Source of the DNA: a virus
Length of the DNA stretch: 64,000 bases
Reading direction: 5' to 3' (one strand)
Virus record (IMG/VR): IMGVR_UViG_3300045806_000063
Coordinates: 96,001-160,000 of that record
Position numbers and translations under genes: made by a program. Under the pieces are notes generated by a model. That model saw nothing but the letters and a program-made list of their open reading frames with translations. It was not told the DNA's origin and ran no database searches. This document shows positions 20,149-28,706 of the stretch, one piece after another. Every line of letters begins with the position of its first letter. Within the stretch, counting starts at the first letter, position 1.

Positions 20149-20472
20149 ATGAGTGAAGAAGAACAACCCTTGCCAACTGATGATAGCATTAGTGTAGGGA
20201 CATATGTAGGTACCGTGCGTAGAATCCCTGTAGGTTTTTGGAGATCTATGTTAACAGGGCCTGATAACAATAGTATCGACATTGCTCGCTTTGGGTTATT
20301 GCTCACTATTGGTGTAGCATTAGGTCTAAGTGTTTATGTGGTCATTATCACTAAGGTATTTGTGATTGCAGAATTTGCACAAGGAATGGCTACTCTATTA
20401 GGTTTTGGTGCAGCTGCTATTGCGGTTAAACACCACACTGAACCCAGAATCGATTCAGTATCACAACAGTAA
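20149..20472 (+). CDS. Two-TM membrane protein, holin-like candidate
   Basis: Two hydrophobic segments (FGLLLTIGVALGLSVYVVII; FAQGMATLLGFGAAAIAV); LTGPDN...DIAR and KHHTEP ends. Confidence 0.5.
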   Translation: MSEEEQPLPTDDSISVGTYVGTVRRIPVGFWRSMLTGPDNNSIDIARFGLLLTIGVALGLSVYVVIITKVFVIAEFAQGMATLLGFGAAAIAVKHHTEPRIDSVSQQ

Positions 20473-20481
20473 TTATCACTT

Positions 20482-20515
20482 ATACTGCAATTGGCATTAA
20501 TGCCAATTGCAGTAT
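20482..20515. terminator. 34-bp perfect palindrome centred on ATTAAT
   Basis: ATACTGCAATTGGCATTAATGCCAATTGCAGTAT. Confidence 0.65.
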
Positions 20516-20551
20516 GTTATGTAGTTTTATTTTTCATAAGCAAAAGAGAGA

Positions 20552-21397
20552 ATGATCATGCGTCACGCAAAAAAACACCAACTGGATAACCTTTATGCAA
20601 TGGTCTGTAAATGGAAGTTGGATATCCTACTGGAAGAACTTAAAAGACGGTCTCAAGAGCCTTTAATTAGCGAACAAGAGATCAACGATTTCAGAACTAA
20701 TATACCTAACCTCACACAGCTCCAACGTGAAACAGTCTTAAAGTCTTTGTATCCAGCTCCAAGCTCTAATAACAACTCTGAATATCATTACTTTAGTAAG
20801 TTAAAAACCTTAGGAGTGGTACGTGTTGAGATATTGAAATTACTCAATGTAAAAAAGGATTTGATCTTACCAGCAGCTCAGACCTCATTTATACATAGGA
20901 CGTTAAATGAAACACCAAGTACTATTCAAACCATGCACCGCCTCCTGCTTAAATATCATCAGATTATTGATTATATAATCCCTAGTCAATGGGAGGTCTT
21001 TAATACCCATATTCTGAACCCTACACTAATTCCAGCTCCACATACTCTGTCTAACCGACTGTACTTTATCCTTCAGTTTATACTCAAAACTCCAGAGGTA
21101 GATACTTCGGAAGTGTTGGAAATGATCAAATTACAAACAGGTATAAAACGTCTTTTTAATAGTGATGGCGAAATCTGCGATGGATTAAATTCCGATAGCG
21201 ATAAGTTTAATAAGGTAGTCTACTGGACGCCTACTGCTATGAACGAGTTTAATAAAATCTATAATGAACTGGTAGGTATACAGCGTGAACTATACGATAC
21301 TCATGGGATAAATTTATACAGAATAGGAGATAACACATGCCAATTGCCGAATACCGTACAATGGCTTATGGCGGGGCCAACCCTTGTAGTAAGCTAG
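20552..21397 (+). CDS. Hypothetical protein
   Basis: 281-aa ORF, 3' end overlaps the protease start. Confidence 0.65.
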   Translation: MIMRHAKKHQLDNLYAMVCKWKLDILLEELKRRSQEPLISEQEINDFRTNIPNLTQLQRETVLKSLYPAPSSNNNSEYHYFSKLKTLGVVRVEILKLLNVKKDLILPAAQTSFIHRTLNETPSTIQTMHRLLLKYHQIIDYIIPSQWEVFNTHILNPTLIPAPHTLSNRLYFILQFILKTPEVDTSEVLEMIKLQTGIKRLFNSDGEICDGLNSDSDKFNKVVYWTPTAMNEFNKIYNELVGIQRELYDTHGINLYRIGDNTCQLPNTVQWLMAGPTLVVS

Positions 21398-22125
21398 AAA
21401 CAGATAGTAACGGGTATCGTAAATGTATCGTTGGCGCTTTTGATGTAATGTCAAGGAATGGACACCGATATCCTGGAACTGAAAGAGTTTTAGCTCTTTT
21501 TGATGAAAAAAGTCATTTCATGATTGGAGTGAGAGAAGGTAACTGTAGAGGAGAGTCTGATCACCCTAATTTAGTTGGGTTATCAATTCCTCAAAAAATC
21601 CATAGGTTGGAACAGATTGAAGACACTAGAGTCTGTGTGCATCATAAGCGTTTCATACTGGATCATGGGTTAGATGAACATAGAAACAAAGTAATATTAG
21701 TCTACAGTTGGCTGAAAGGTTCTGGTGCATTAGGACATGTAACTGAACAACAGTTAGATAATCCTGACGAGAATATATCCTTTAGTGTACGTTCTTTTGT
21801 TATAGATACCCTGCAGAGTGGGATTAAGCATAAAGAAATAACTAACATTATAACCTATGACAAAGTTAATCAAGCTGGATTATCATTCACAACTAAATTC
21901 GACACAGCAGCACTGCGAAATTCTAGTGTTGGTCTTGAGAACTTGAATGATGATGGTTTTGTATTTAGCGATGCTGATCTAGATCTTGCTATACGTGAAT
22001 CTAGAAGTGCTGGAGTGGGCAATGAATCAAATGTCGCTAGGTTAGTTCAAGTGAAAGATTCATTAGGTTGGACAAAAGTACAATCGATAAATCCAGCTTT
22101 CCTTAACTGGAGATCCACGATATAA
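21337..22125 (+). CDS. Prohead (head maturation) protease, phiKZ gp175-like
   Basis: VGAFDVMSRNGHRY, RGESDHP (catalytic His), ISFSVRS (catalytic Ser), TYDKVNQAG. C-terminal VGLENL and VGNESN putative autocleavage sites. AGGAG RBS. Confidence 0.85.
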   Translation: MPIAEYRTMAYGGANPCSKLETDSNGYRKCIVGAFDVMSRNGHRYPGTERVLALFDEKSHFMIGVREGNCRGESDHPNLVGLSIPQKIHRLEQIEDTRVCVHHKRFILDHGLDEHRNKVILVYSWLKGSGALGHVTEQQLDNPDENISFSVRSFVIDTLQSGIKHKEITNIITYDKVNQAGLSFTTKFDTAALRNSSVGLENLNDDGFVFSDADLDLAIRESRSAGVGNESNVARLVQVKDSLGWTKVQSINPAFLNWRSTI

Positions 22126-22134
22126 GTCTTATTA

Positions 22135-22170
22135 CATTATCACTCCAGCATTAATGCTGGAGTGATAATG
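22135..22170. terminator. 36-bp perfect palindrome centred on ATTAAT
   Basis: CATTATCACTCCAGCATTAATGCTGGAGTGATAATG. Confidence 0.65.
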
Positions 22171-22171
22171 G

Positions 22172-22266
22172 TATATTCAAAATTTTTTCAAACATACATT
22201 ATCTAGATGAGATTACTAAATGGTTTTCTTAAGTAGCTATTCTTTTAATAGCAAATTAGATTGGAG
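22172..22266 (+). promoter_or_regulatory. Type A promoter-leader-RBS module, copy 2
   Basis: ATACATTATCTAGATGAGATTACTAAAT...TTCTTAAGTAGCTATTCTTTTAATAGCAAATTAGATTGGAG. Confidence 0.75.
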
Positions 22267-22274
22267 ATAAGATT

Positions 22275-22556
22275 ATGAGTACAGTACAACCTGCACGTGT
22301 ATTAACTATGACCCGCATGACAGTATTAAATATCGTATTTATCCACTTTTACCTCCGGACGGAAAATGGACCAGCGATGGTCGGACATGCCGCAGTGCGG
22401 CCAGGAGAGAACTATGGAGTAGTGGTACGTCTGTACCACTACCTAATGGGGATAACTGACGAGGCCATGGCCGGCCGCCTGGCCGCACCTTTCATAGATG
22501 ACGACTCGGAGGGGTGGGAGGAAGTAACGATAGAACAATTAGCGGCTAATAGCTAG
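22275..22556 (+). CDS. Hypothetical protein (early cassette gene)
   Basis: 93-aa ORF directly after the type A module. Confidence 0.7.
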   Translation: MSTVQPARVLTMTRMTVLNIVFIHFYLRTENGPAMVGHAAVRPGENYGVVVRLYHYLMGITDEAMAGRLAAPFIDDDSEGWEEVTIEQLAANS

Positions 22557-22580
22557 CCACTAATTGCTCGATCGCAGACA

Positions 22581-22602
22581 GAGGAGATCCTAGGATCTCC
22601 TC
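22581..22602. terminator. 22-bp perfect palindrome centred on CCTAGG
   Basis: GAGGAGATCCTAGGATCTCCTC, related to the 9537 palindrome. Confidence 0.65.
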
Positions 22603-22630
22603 ATTCCTTCCTAATCTACTTATTTTTTTT

Positions 22631-22677
22631 CTTTTAAATTGAAAACATATATTATCTGAGTGATAGTCCGTAGTTAA
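22631..22677 (+). promoter_or_regulatory. Type B promoter module, copy 2
   Basis: CTTTTAAATTGAAAACATATATTATCTGAGTGATAGTCCGTAGTTAA; 46/47 identical to 54345-54391. Confidence 0.7.
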
Positions 22678-22697
22678 ATTTATTTTAAATTAGTTAA

Positions 22698-23231
22698 GTG
22701 GTGAATAGAATGAGCGAAACAGAGAAAAGGAAATTAGAGAGAAAAGAACTGTCAGTAATATTATTGGTATTTAAAGCACTGATGAAATATAGCAATGATA
22801 CTGTATGGTCACAGTTTGTTGATATATCGGAAAGAACAATACAGGGCACCGCTCTACATGAGGAATGGTTATCTGTAACGACCTTAGTAGTACATATGCC
22901 AGAATTATATGCCAGATTAGCGGCGTGTGGGCGTGTAGAAGAAATGTCAAAACTAGACCAATTACTATATAACTCGGTTGTATACATGACTGATGGCGGG
23001 GTCGGGTATAGATATGTTTTAACTAACCTCATTACTTCGTGTCATGACGTTCTTTCCGCAACACAACATGACGAATTGCATGTTGATGAAAATTATCATC
23101 AAGCAATAAAAATCTATGAAGAGTTATTGACTCTTTATAGTGTGATAGCGCGGGATACTGGAAATGATCGTAAGGATCCTCCACTGCCATTCGGTATCAT
23201 TGAGGATATAACCATAATGAGACGTGTATAA
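22698..23231 (+). CDS. Hypothetical protein
   Basis: 177-aa ORF; start may be ATG 22710. Confidence 0.65.
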   Translation: MVNRMSETEKRKLERKELSVILLVFKALMKYSNDTVWSQFVDISERTIQGTALHEEWLSVTTLVVHMPELYARLAACGRVEEMSKLDQLLYNSVVYMTDGGVGYRYVLTNLITSCHDVLSATQHDELHVDENYHQAIKIYEELLTLYSVIARDTGNDRKDPPLPFGIIEDITIMRRV

Positions 23232-23836
23232 TGTTAGAAAGTTTAATTAGTTTTAAATGTGATCTAGATGCTGGGAGGATGCCTGAATGTTCTCCTAAAG
23301 AAAAAGAAAAATTCCAAAACTTTTCTAAGGAATATTTAACCAAGAAAGGATTGCCGGTGAAGGTCGTCAATGATGACCTTTTTAAGCACGTGGACGGCTG
23401 TAGACAGGCCTACATAGCTTCAGAGTTAACACCACTAACACAGGGAAACTTATCCTTGTTAGGTGATAGTTTTAACCCTGAGGTAGGTATTACTAGAGTT
23501 CACTTAGAAAGATGTATAACCTCAAGAAATGTGATAACTGGATCACACCAACGAAGCGTCCCGATAGAGAACGACTGTGGGGAAATTGGGATTGTACTTG
23601 ATTTAGGCGGTGGACGCTGTAGTCTTCATGCTGGTACCATTAATCAATCGTTTGAAACGAATGACAAAGGAGAAATTAAACGCAACTTCCAGGTTGAGTT
23701 TGATGAGTTATTAGAAATGGTCTCTCTGCTTGAAGAATCTTACACTTTACTAATGGAAAACTGTAAAGGTGAGTTAGGTGATGCAAAGGAAGGTGATCAT
23801 GTAGCGGTTGTTTCTTCAGTAGTAGGGATCTTTTAA
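23231..23836 (+). CDS. Hypothetical protein
   Basis: 201-aa ORF, TAATG overlap. Confidence 0.65.
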   Translation: MLESLISFKCDLDAGRMPECSPKEKEKFQNFSKEYLTKKGLPVKVVNDDLFKHVDGCRQAYIASELTPLTQGNLSLLGDSFNPEVGITRVHLERCITSRNVITGSHQRSVPIENDCGEIGIVLDLGGGRCSLHAGTINQSFETNDKGEIKRNFQVEFDELLEMVSLLEESYTLLMENCKGELGDAKEGDHVAVVSSVVGIF

Positions 23837-23947
23837 ACTCATAGATAATTGAGAAATATATTATCAGTATGTCGATAAAAAAATAATATCGATGTCAGTA
23901 ATGTGTAGCAAACAGCTACTCAAATTTAACCAACAAGGATTTATCAA

Positions 23948-24379
23948 ATGACTGAAAATACTACAAATGCTACTGTAACTTCCATCACTTCAAGTCCTGC
24001 AAAAGCAAAGATCAAACATGCTGACGGTATAGTGACCGTCTCCGGTCTGAAACCTGAACAGTTCTTGCCTGAAGGCACTGATGCGGGGGTATTCGGTTTG
24101 GTTGATACAGCTCGCGATAATTTGCTGGCGACCGTACTGAATGCAACTACCGATTATGCTGAAAAGCATAAACTGGTCAATTACAATACCAAACCGATCA
24201 GCCTCGGTGGCGCTACCTCGGCAACACTGTCAGCAGTTGACCATAAGGTCACTTCTGATATCAAGCAGATTCACAATGCTGAATTGCAAGCCGCATATGC
24301 TAAGTCTGATGACTATGCGAAGAAACAACTGGAAGCCCTGAATGCTCCAGCAGTAGAAGAAGTAGCTGAAGCTGCATAA
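23948..24379 (+). CDS. Hypothetical protein, probably highly expressed
   Basis: 143 aa, own promoter-like ATATATTATC near 23857, biased codons (CTG, GGT, GCT), followed by a palindrome. Confidence 0.75.
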   Translation: MTENTTNATVTSITSSPAKAKIKHADGIVTVSGLKPEQFLPEGTDAGVFGLVDTARDNLLATVLNATTDYAEKHKLVNYNTKPISLGGATSATLSAVDHKVTSDIKQIHNAELQAAYAKSDDYAKKQLEALNAPAVEEVAEAA

Positions 24380-24398
24380 ACCCTTACCGGTTGTAAAT

Positions 24399-24436
24399 GG
24401 ATACTCCCACACTACCTAGGTAGTGTGGGAGTATCC
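24399..24436. terminator. 38-bp perfect palindrome centred on CCTAGG between convergent genes
   Basis: GGATACTCCCACACTACCTAGGTAGTGTGGGAGTATCC. Confidence 0.7.
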
Positions 24437-24460
24437 TAACTTACTTATCTTATTTTTTTG

Positions 24461-25369
24461 TTATTCTGCAGGACTTGAAGTGTATCTATTAGGCGCTATT
24501 GTATCTGGAGTAATAGAAGCCAATGTACCAGCGGATGATGCTGCAACATTAGCGTCCATAGTGTTAAGTATGCCTGCAAGTTCTTGTGGTCTAAGATCTT
24601 GCAGATTAAGACTTTGCAAGATTGCATATGCAAACATTAATGGAGCTTGACCTATTTGACTATAAGCTGTGAATGTTAAATCTACATCCACAGACTTCAA
24701 TGATGCTGCAGTTTCTTTATATCCTTTAAGTTCGCCAATGCTGTCAGTGACTTGCCAGTTAGCAGATAACCATGCCTTTAATGGCCTTGTGAGGGTCATG
24801 TCAGGCTCAACAGCCAATACCACGAATGATTGGTCGGCTGGGGTAATTACTGGGCTACCTGCAGCAATGTAATTAGGATTTTGACAAATAGCTGGAGTTT
24901 GTAAATCGGGATCCATTAAATAGATACGAGAAAATTCAGTCCAGTATCGGGTGATAGATTGATTAATACGATCAGCGCCATATCCTAAAACTGGTTTAGA
25001 AGCCGCTCTAGAGGATCTAGTTATTGTTTCCAATACCTCATTAGCATTACCAATTGGAGTGGAGGCGCCATGTTCATTCGTCACTGTCATATCAAAACCA
25101 TCCACTTTAATTGGATAAGTTTCAATCATGTTTTTCAGCCAATCGACTTCTTTCTGTGGATTAGTAGCATACTGAAATAATCTAGGTGCTGCTATTAGAA
25201 ACAGTCTTAAAGGCTGTTGTATATAAATTCCTGATGATGTAAAGGTCATCGGGATAGGCATGAATCCGTTTTGACCATTGATGGACAAATCAGTCATAGG
25301 CGACCTGTATTCGCCAGATAGTAACGGCGTTAATATATTGCTTTGTATAGCAGTAAGTGGTGTTGCCAT
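24461..25369 (-). CDS. Tail tube protein (phiKZ gp30-like)
   Basis: 302 aa downstream of the sheath; DLSINGQNG, IAAPRLFQY, VLAVEPD, AWLSANW. Confidence 0.8.
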   Translation of the reverse strand: MATPLTAIQSNILTPLLSGEYRSPMTDLSINGQNGFMPIPMTFTSSGIYIQQPLRLFLIAAPRLFQYATNPQKEVDWLKNMIETYPIKVDGFDMTVTNEHGASTPIGNANEVLETITRSSRAASKPVLGYGADRINQSITRYWTEFSRIYLMDPDLQTPAICQNPNYIAAGSPVITPADQSFVVLAVEPDMTLTRPLKAWLSANWQVTDSIGELKGYKETAASLKSVDVDLTFTAYSQIGQAPLMFAYAILQSLNLQDLRPQELAGILNTMDANVAASSAGTLASITPDTIAPNRYTSSPAE

Positions 25370-25382
25370 TTTACATTCCTCC

Positions 25383-27572
25383 TTAGAATGGTGATGTTGA
25401 AGTTACAGTGCCACCAGATAAATTACCTGTACGTGTAGCAACCACTGTAAACAAAGCTACGTCTTTCGTGACTCCGGCAGCTACAGTTAATACATTATGC
25501 CAACTAAAACCATTTTGAGTATCTACTTCTGTGAAGAATGTAGATGACGTTATAACCGCCTTACTGTTATATATACCGTTGATAGCATTGTAAATCAATT
25601 CATCAGATTTATCAATGAATATCTGCTGTGTAGTTAAGTCATCACGACCTACGAGTTGTCTCCATACTTTAGCTTGTTGCAGTGCTAAGTTGGCACAGAT
25701 ATGTCGTATTACATCAGATGTCAAAATCGACGTATCATTAGGGTAGATAGAGTGAATGAATGGGTAGAAATACTGATTCCCCATACCAGACGGTATACAG
25801 TAAATTGCACCATTGTTCCATGCCTCGTTTGCAGATAATGGTGTAAAGTTAGGACTACTTAATGATTTGAAATACTGCACACCGTTATTATCAGGCATGG
25901 TATAATCAAAGGTTCCGCCAACGGACATCACGCCATTACCAGCCCCCATATAAGCTGCTCGTTTCAACAGCATTTCTATGTTTGCAGTCATAGGAGTTTG
26001 ATAACCATCCACCAATAATCCAGCTTGCATAACCAGAGTGGCTCGATAAGCCGGAGTGCCAAAAGTAGGAGATTCAGCAAAGTTAAGAATAGACTGTTGC
26101 AGAATTGCCGCAGCTGATATTTCTTGAGCCTGGGTCAATAAAGGCCCACCGTCTACGTATGTGGCAAGATGGACCGAGGTGTTTTGACGAAGTGCCATCC
26201 ACTGTGGAAGAATTTCTTTAGTAGCAGACCCGAAACCAGTATCGTAAATTTCACTAAATGGATATTTCAGTATATTCGTTGCAGGGCAGGTATCAGTATT
26301 GTAACTGTATTGTGTCCAGTTTTGAATTTCAAGTTCATAGTCTGATGTTAACAAACTACCATCAGTACCGCCCATCATGTAATAGCTATTCCCAGATGAG
26401 AGAATACTCTCTGTTGCATCTATCTGGAATCCATAAGCGGTGCCACCATTAGCATCTGTAGCTGTTAAAAAGTCAAGCATCCAGATACTTGCTGGAGGAG
26501 TAGGGTTATTTGCCACCTCAGCTGCAAACAGCACGTTTAAGAATTCTTCAAGATTACTTTCAAATACAGTAACTGCACCGATAGGGCTAGTTATTGGCGA
26601 CGTACCTGTGTTAAAGCCATCATCAGACCAGTTTGTTACCAGACCTTGTATGGTTAAATTGAGGTTTGTAATTGGGTCATATGCGTTTGGTTTAAACATA
26701 AACTGCAAACTAGCACTACCTTTCAAATCTGGAATGATTAGAGGAGTGGAAGTATTTATGTTTCTGATAATTTGAGCATTAAATAATAACGCTTGCTGAC
26801 TTGCCACGGTACCGGTATTGCCCGGAAGTGGGTTATTAGGTGTAGCAGCCCACATATTGAAACCGAACATATTACCACCGACACCGGTAAAGGAATCCTC
26901 TACCATAAATAATGGGTATGTTATTTGACCTACCGAGTTAGCCCAGGTAATCGGTTGAGTACCACCTGCCCCACCAGTCCAGGTAATTGGCAATCCGTTG
27001 GTTCCAGTCCATGTATCAGTGCTGCTGCTGGTTAAAGTACCATTGAGTTCAGTTAACGACATACTACCTTGTGGTACTACAGTGTAACTAACCTTAACAC
27101 CGCCAGGTACGGGAACTGGAACACCATCTACCATTAATAACTCTGGTTGGTTAGTAGATGCGTTGTAAACTACCTTACCGTTCACATCTCTTTGATATTC
27201 GTAAATATCCGCACCGTGTTCGATTGTAGCAAGGACTACTGCTGATGCTTTTGTCACTGGTGAGCCTCCCACACCAGGAGTCCGAATGATTTTAACCATA
27301 CAGGGATTGCCTTTTTGCAATGTATCAACCAGGGCTTTGGTTTGGTGATTCCAATAAGGTCCTCTTTGATCGAACGCTGCTGAGCCAATTTGCTGCAAGG
27401 CATCTAAATAGCTCATAATAGCAAGAATGTCCTGATCATTCCCGTATGGGGAACGTATCATAAACAATGGAAAATGCTGAGGCTGTAACAAAGATATCTG
27501 AGTAGGGGCTGTCGTACTTTGATCATTAACCCCTGTAAAGGTAAAGCCTGGCAGGTTTGTATTTGTTGCCAT
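25383..27572 (-). CDS. Tail sheath protein (phiKZ gp29-like)
   Basis: 729 aa; DQS...QPQHFPLF, YMMGGTDG, KYPFSEIYDTGF, ESPTFGTPAYRA, YFYPFIHSIYPNDTSIL, VWRQLVG. Confidence 0.88.
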   Translation of the reverse strand: MATNTNLPGFTFTGVNDQSTTAPTQISLLQPQHFPLFMIRSPYGNDQDILAIMSYLDALQQIGSAAFDQRGPYWNHQTKALVDTLQKGNPCMVKIIRTPGVGGSPVTKASAVVLATIEHGADIYEYQRDVNGKVVYNASTNQPELLMVDGVPVPVPGGVKVSYTVVPQGSMSLTELNGTLTSSSTDTWTGTNGLPITWTGGAGGTQPITWANSVGQITYPLFMVEDSFTGVGGNMFGFNMWAATPNNPLPGNTGTVASQQALLFNAQIIRNINTSTPLIIPDLKGSASLQFMFKPNAYDPITNLNLTIQGLVTNWSDDGFNTGTSPITSPIGAVTVFESNLEEFLNVLFAAEVANNPTPPASIWMLDFLTATDANGGTAYGFQIDATESILSSGNSYYMMGGTDGSLLTSDYELEIQNWTQYSYNTDTCPATNILKYPFSEIYDTGFGSATKEILPQWMALRQNTSVHLATYVDGGPLLTQAQEISAAAILQQSILNFAESPTFGTPAYRATLVMQAGLLVDGYQTPMTANIEMLLKRAAYMGAGNGVMSVGGTFDYTMPDNNGVQYFKSLSSPNFTPLSANEAWNNGAIYCIPSGMGNQYFYPFIHSIYPNDTSILTSDVIRHICANLALQQAKVWRQLVGRDDLTTQQIFIDKSDELIYNAINGIYNSKAVITSSTFFTEVDTQNGFSWHNVLTVAAGVTKDVALFTVVATRTGNLSGGTVTSTSPF

Positions 27573-27740
27573 AATACTTCCTTAATTAAAGTTTAAAAAA
27601 ATTCACTTACCCTATAGGGGTGCACTCACACACTATAGGTTGGTATCTATATATAACGTAGTCATAAAATAAAAAACATAAACTGACAGAGTTGCCGGAG
27701 ATCTTATGTTTAAATTCATCACCTATATAAGGAGTAATGC

Positions 27741-28706
27741 ATGTCATTAGATCAGGGCGTAATTGAGGAAGGACTTTATAGTACTAACTACTTGGCATCA
27801 GAACAAGTAAAGGCCAAAACAATAATCAAACTTATAGGAAGAGATTATCTTCTTTTTAAAGATGATACATTAGTGTTCAAAACTATTAAACCGTCATATG
27901 GTGGAAGAGAAGGTAGAAGGGTTGTGGCGTTATTAGGAGATTTGCCAAACATACCTACATTTAATCATCCGATTTATCACAATGGAGTCTCATATATAGA
28001 TGCTAGAGCATTTATCAATAGACAAAGTGGTGAAATACGAAATCAAGGTGAGTATGATAATTTAATCAGAAGAGCTATTTTGGACATGCTCTGGATTGAA
28101 GAACGAGATATATTCTTTAGCGGACAAATCTTAAATCTGACAGCTAAAGTATTTAGTGAATGGGTAGGGGCAGGTGTAGAGAGAGGAGCTAATCTTGATA
28201 TGCGAACCGCTGGAAATGTCAAGGTATTGCTTATGGCGTATATCTTATTCCAGGCAGTGACTAAGAATGGAATGGGTGCAGAAGAACGCAGTGCATTCAT
28301 AATCAAAAAAGCAAGGGATATACTAGGTTTGCAAATGGAGTATGTGTTAACCTTAACTGAGACTTATCCAACTGCTTTCAGTGACATATATGAAAATCCA
28401 GGAAGAATATTCTTTTTAGTTAAATCATTGGCGGTGGTAACTAATGATGAGAGATTGAGCTTTGAAAGAACCCTTTATGATATCATTGGTAATGGGGCTA
28501 CGATGCAAAGTAACTCTCGTGAACTGGCATGTATCTCTATTGAAAATATACCGACCTTTGTAGCGCTGATGCACTTTGTTAATTTCCCTAGTATGAAGAC
28601 TACTAAAATTGGAAGTCCTCTTTTCCATAGTCGTACAAAATATGGTGATGTTTTAGAGAGATTCATTTCTCTAAATACTAGCTATGAGACAATAGATGCA
28701 AGATGA
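27741..28706 (+). CDS. Virion structural protein (phiKZ gp28-like)
   Basis: 321 aa, divergent from the sheath, heads the gp28-27-26-25 operon. Confidence 0.65.
   Translation: MSLDQGVIEEGLYSTNYLASEQVKAKTIIKLIGRDYLLFKDDTLVFKTIKPSYGGREGRRVVALLGDLPNIPTFNHPIYHNGVSYIDARAFINRQSGEIRNQGEYDNLIRRAILDMLWIEERDIFFSGQILNLTAKVFSEWVGAGVERGANLDMRTAGNVKVLLMAYILFQAVTKNGMGAEERSAFIIKKARDILGLQMEYVLTLTETYPTAFSDIYENPGRIFFLVKSLAVVTNDERLSFERTLYDIIGNGATMQSNSRELACISIENIPTFVALMHFVNFPSMKTTKIGSPLFHSRTKYGDVLERFISLNTSYETIDAR

Noticed and set aside
24141-26775. Short plus-strand ORFs over the 23948 gene, tube and sheath
   Set aside because: Frame-shifted or antisense shadows of well-supported genes
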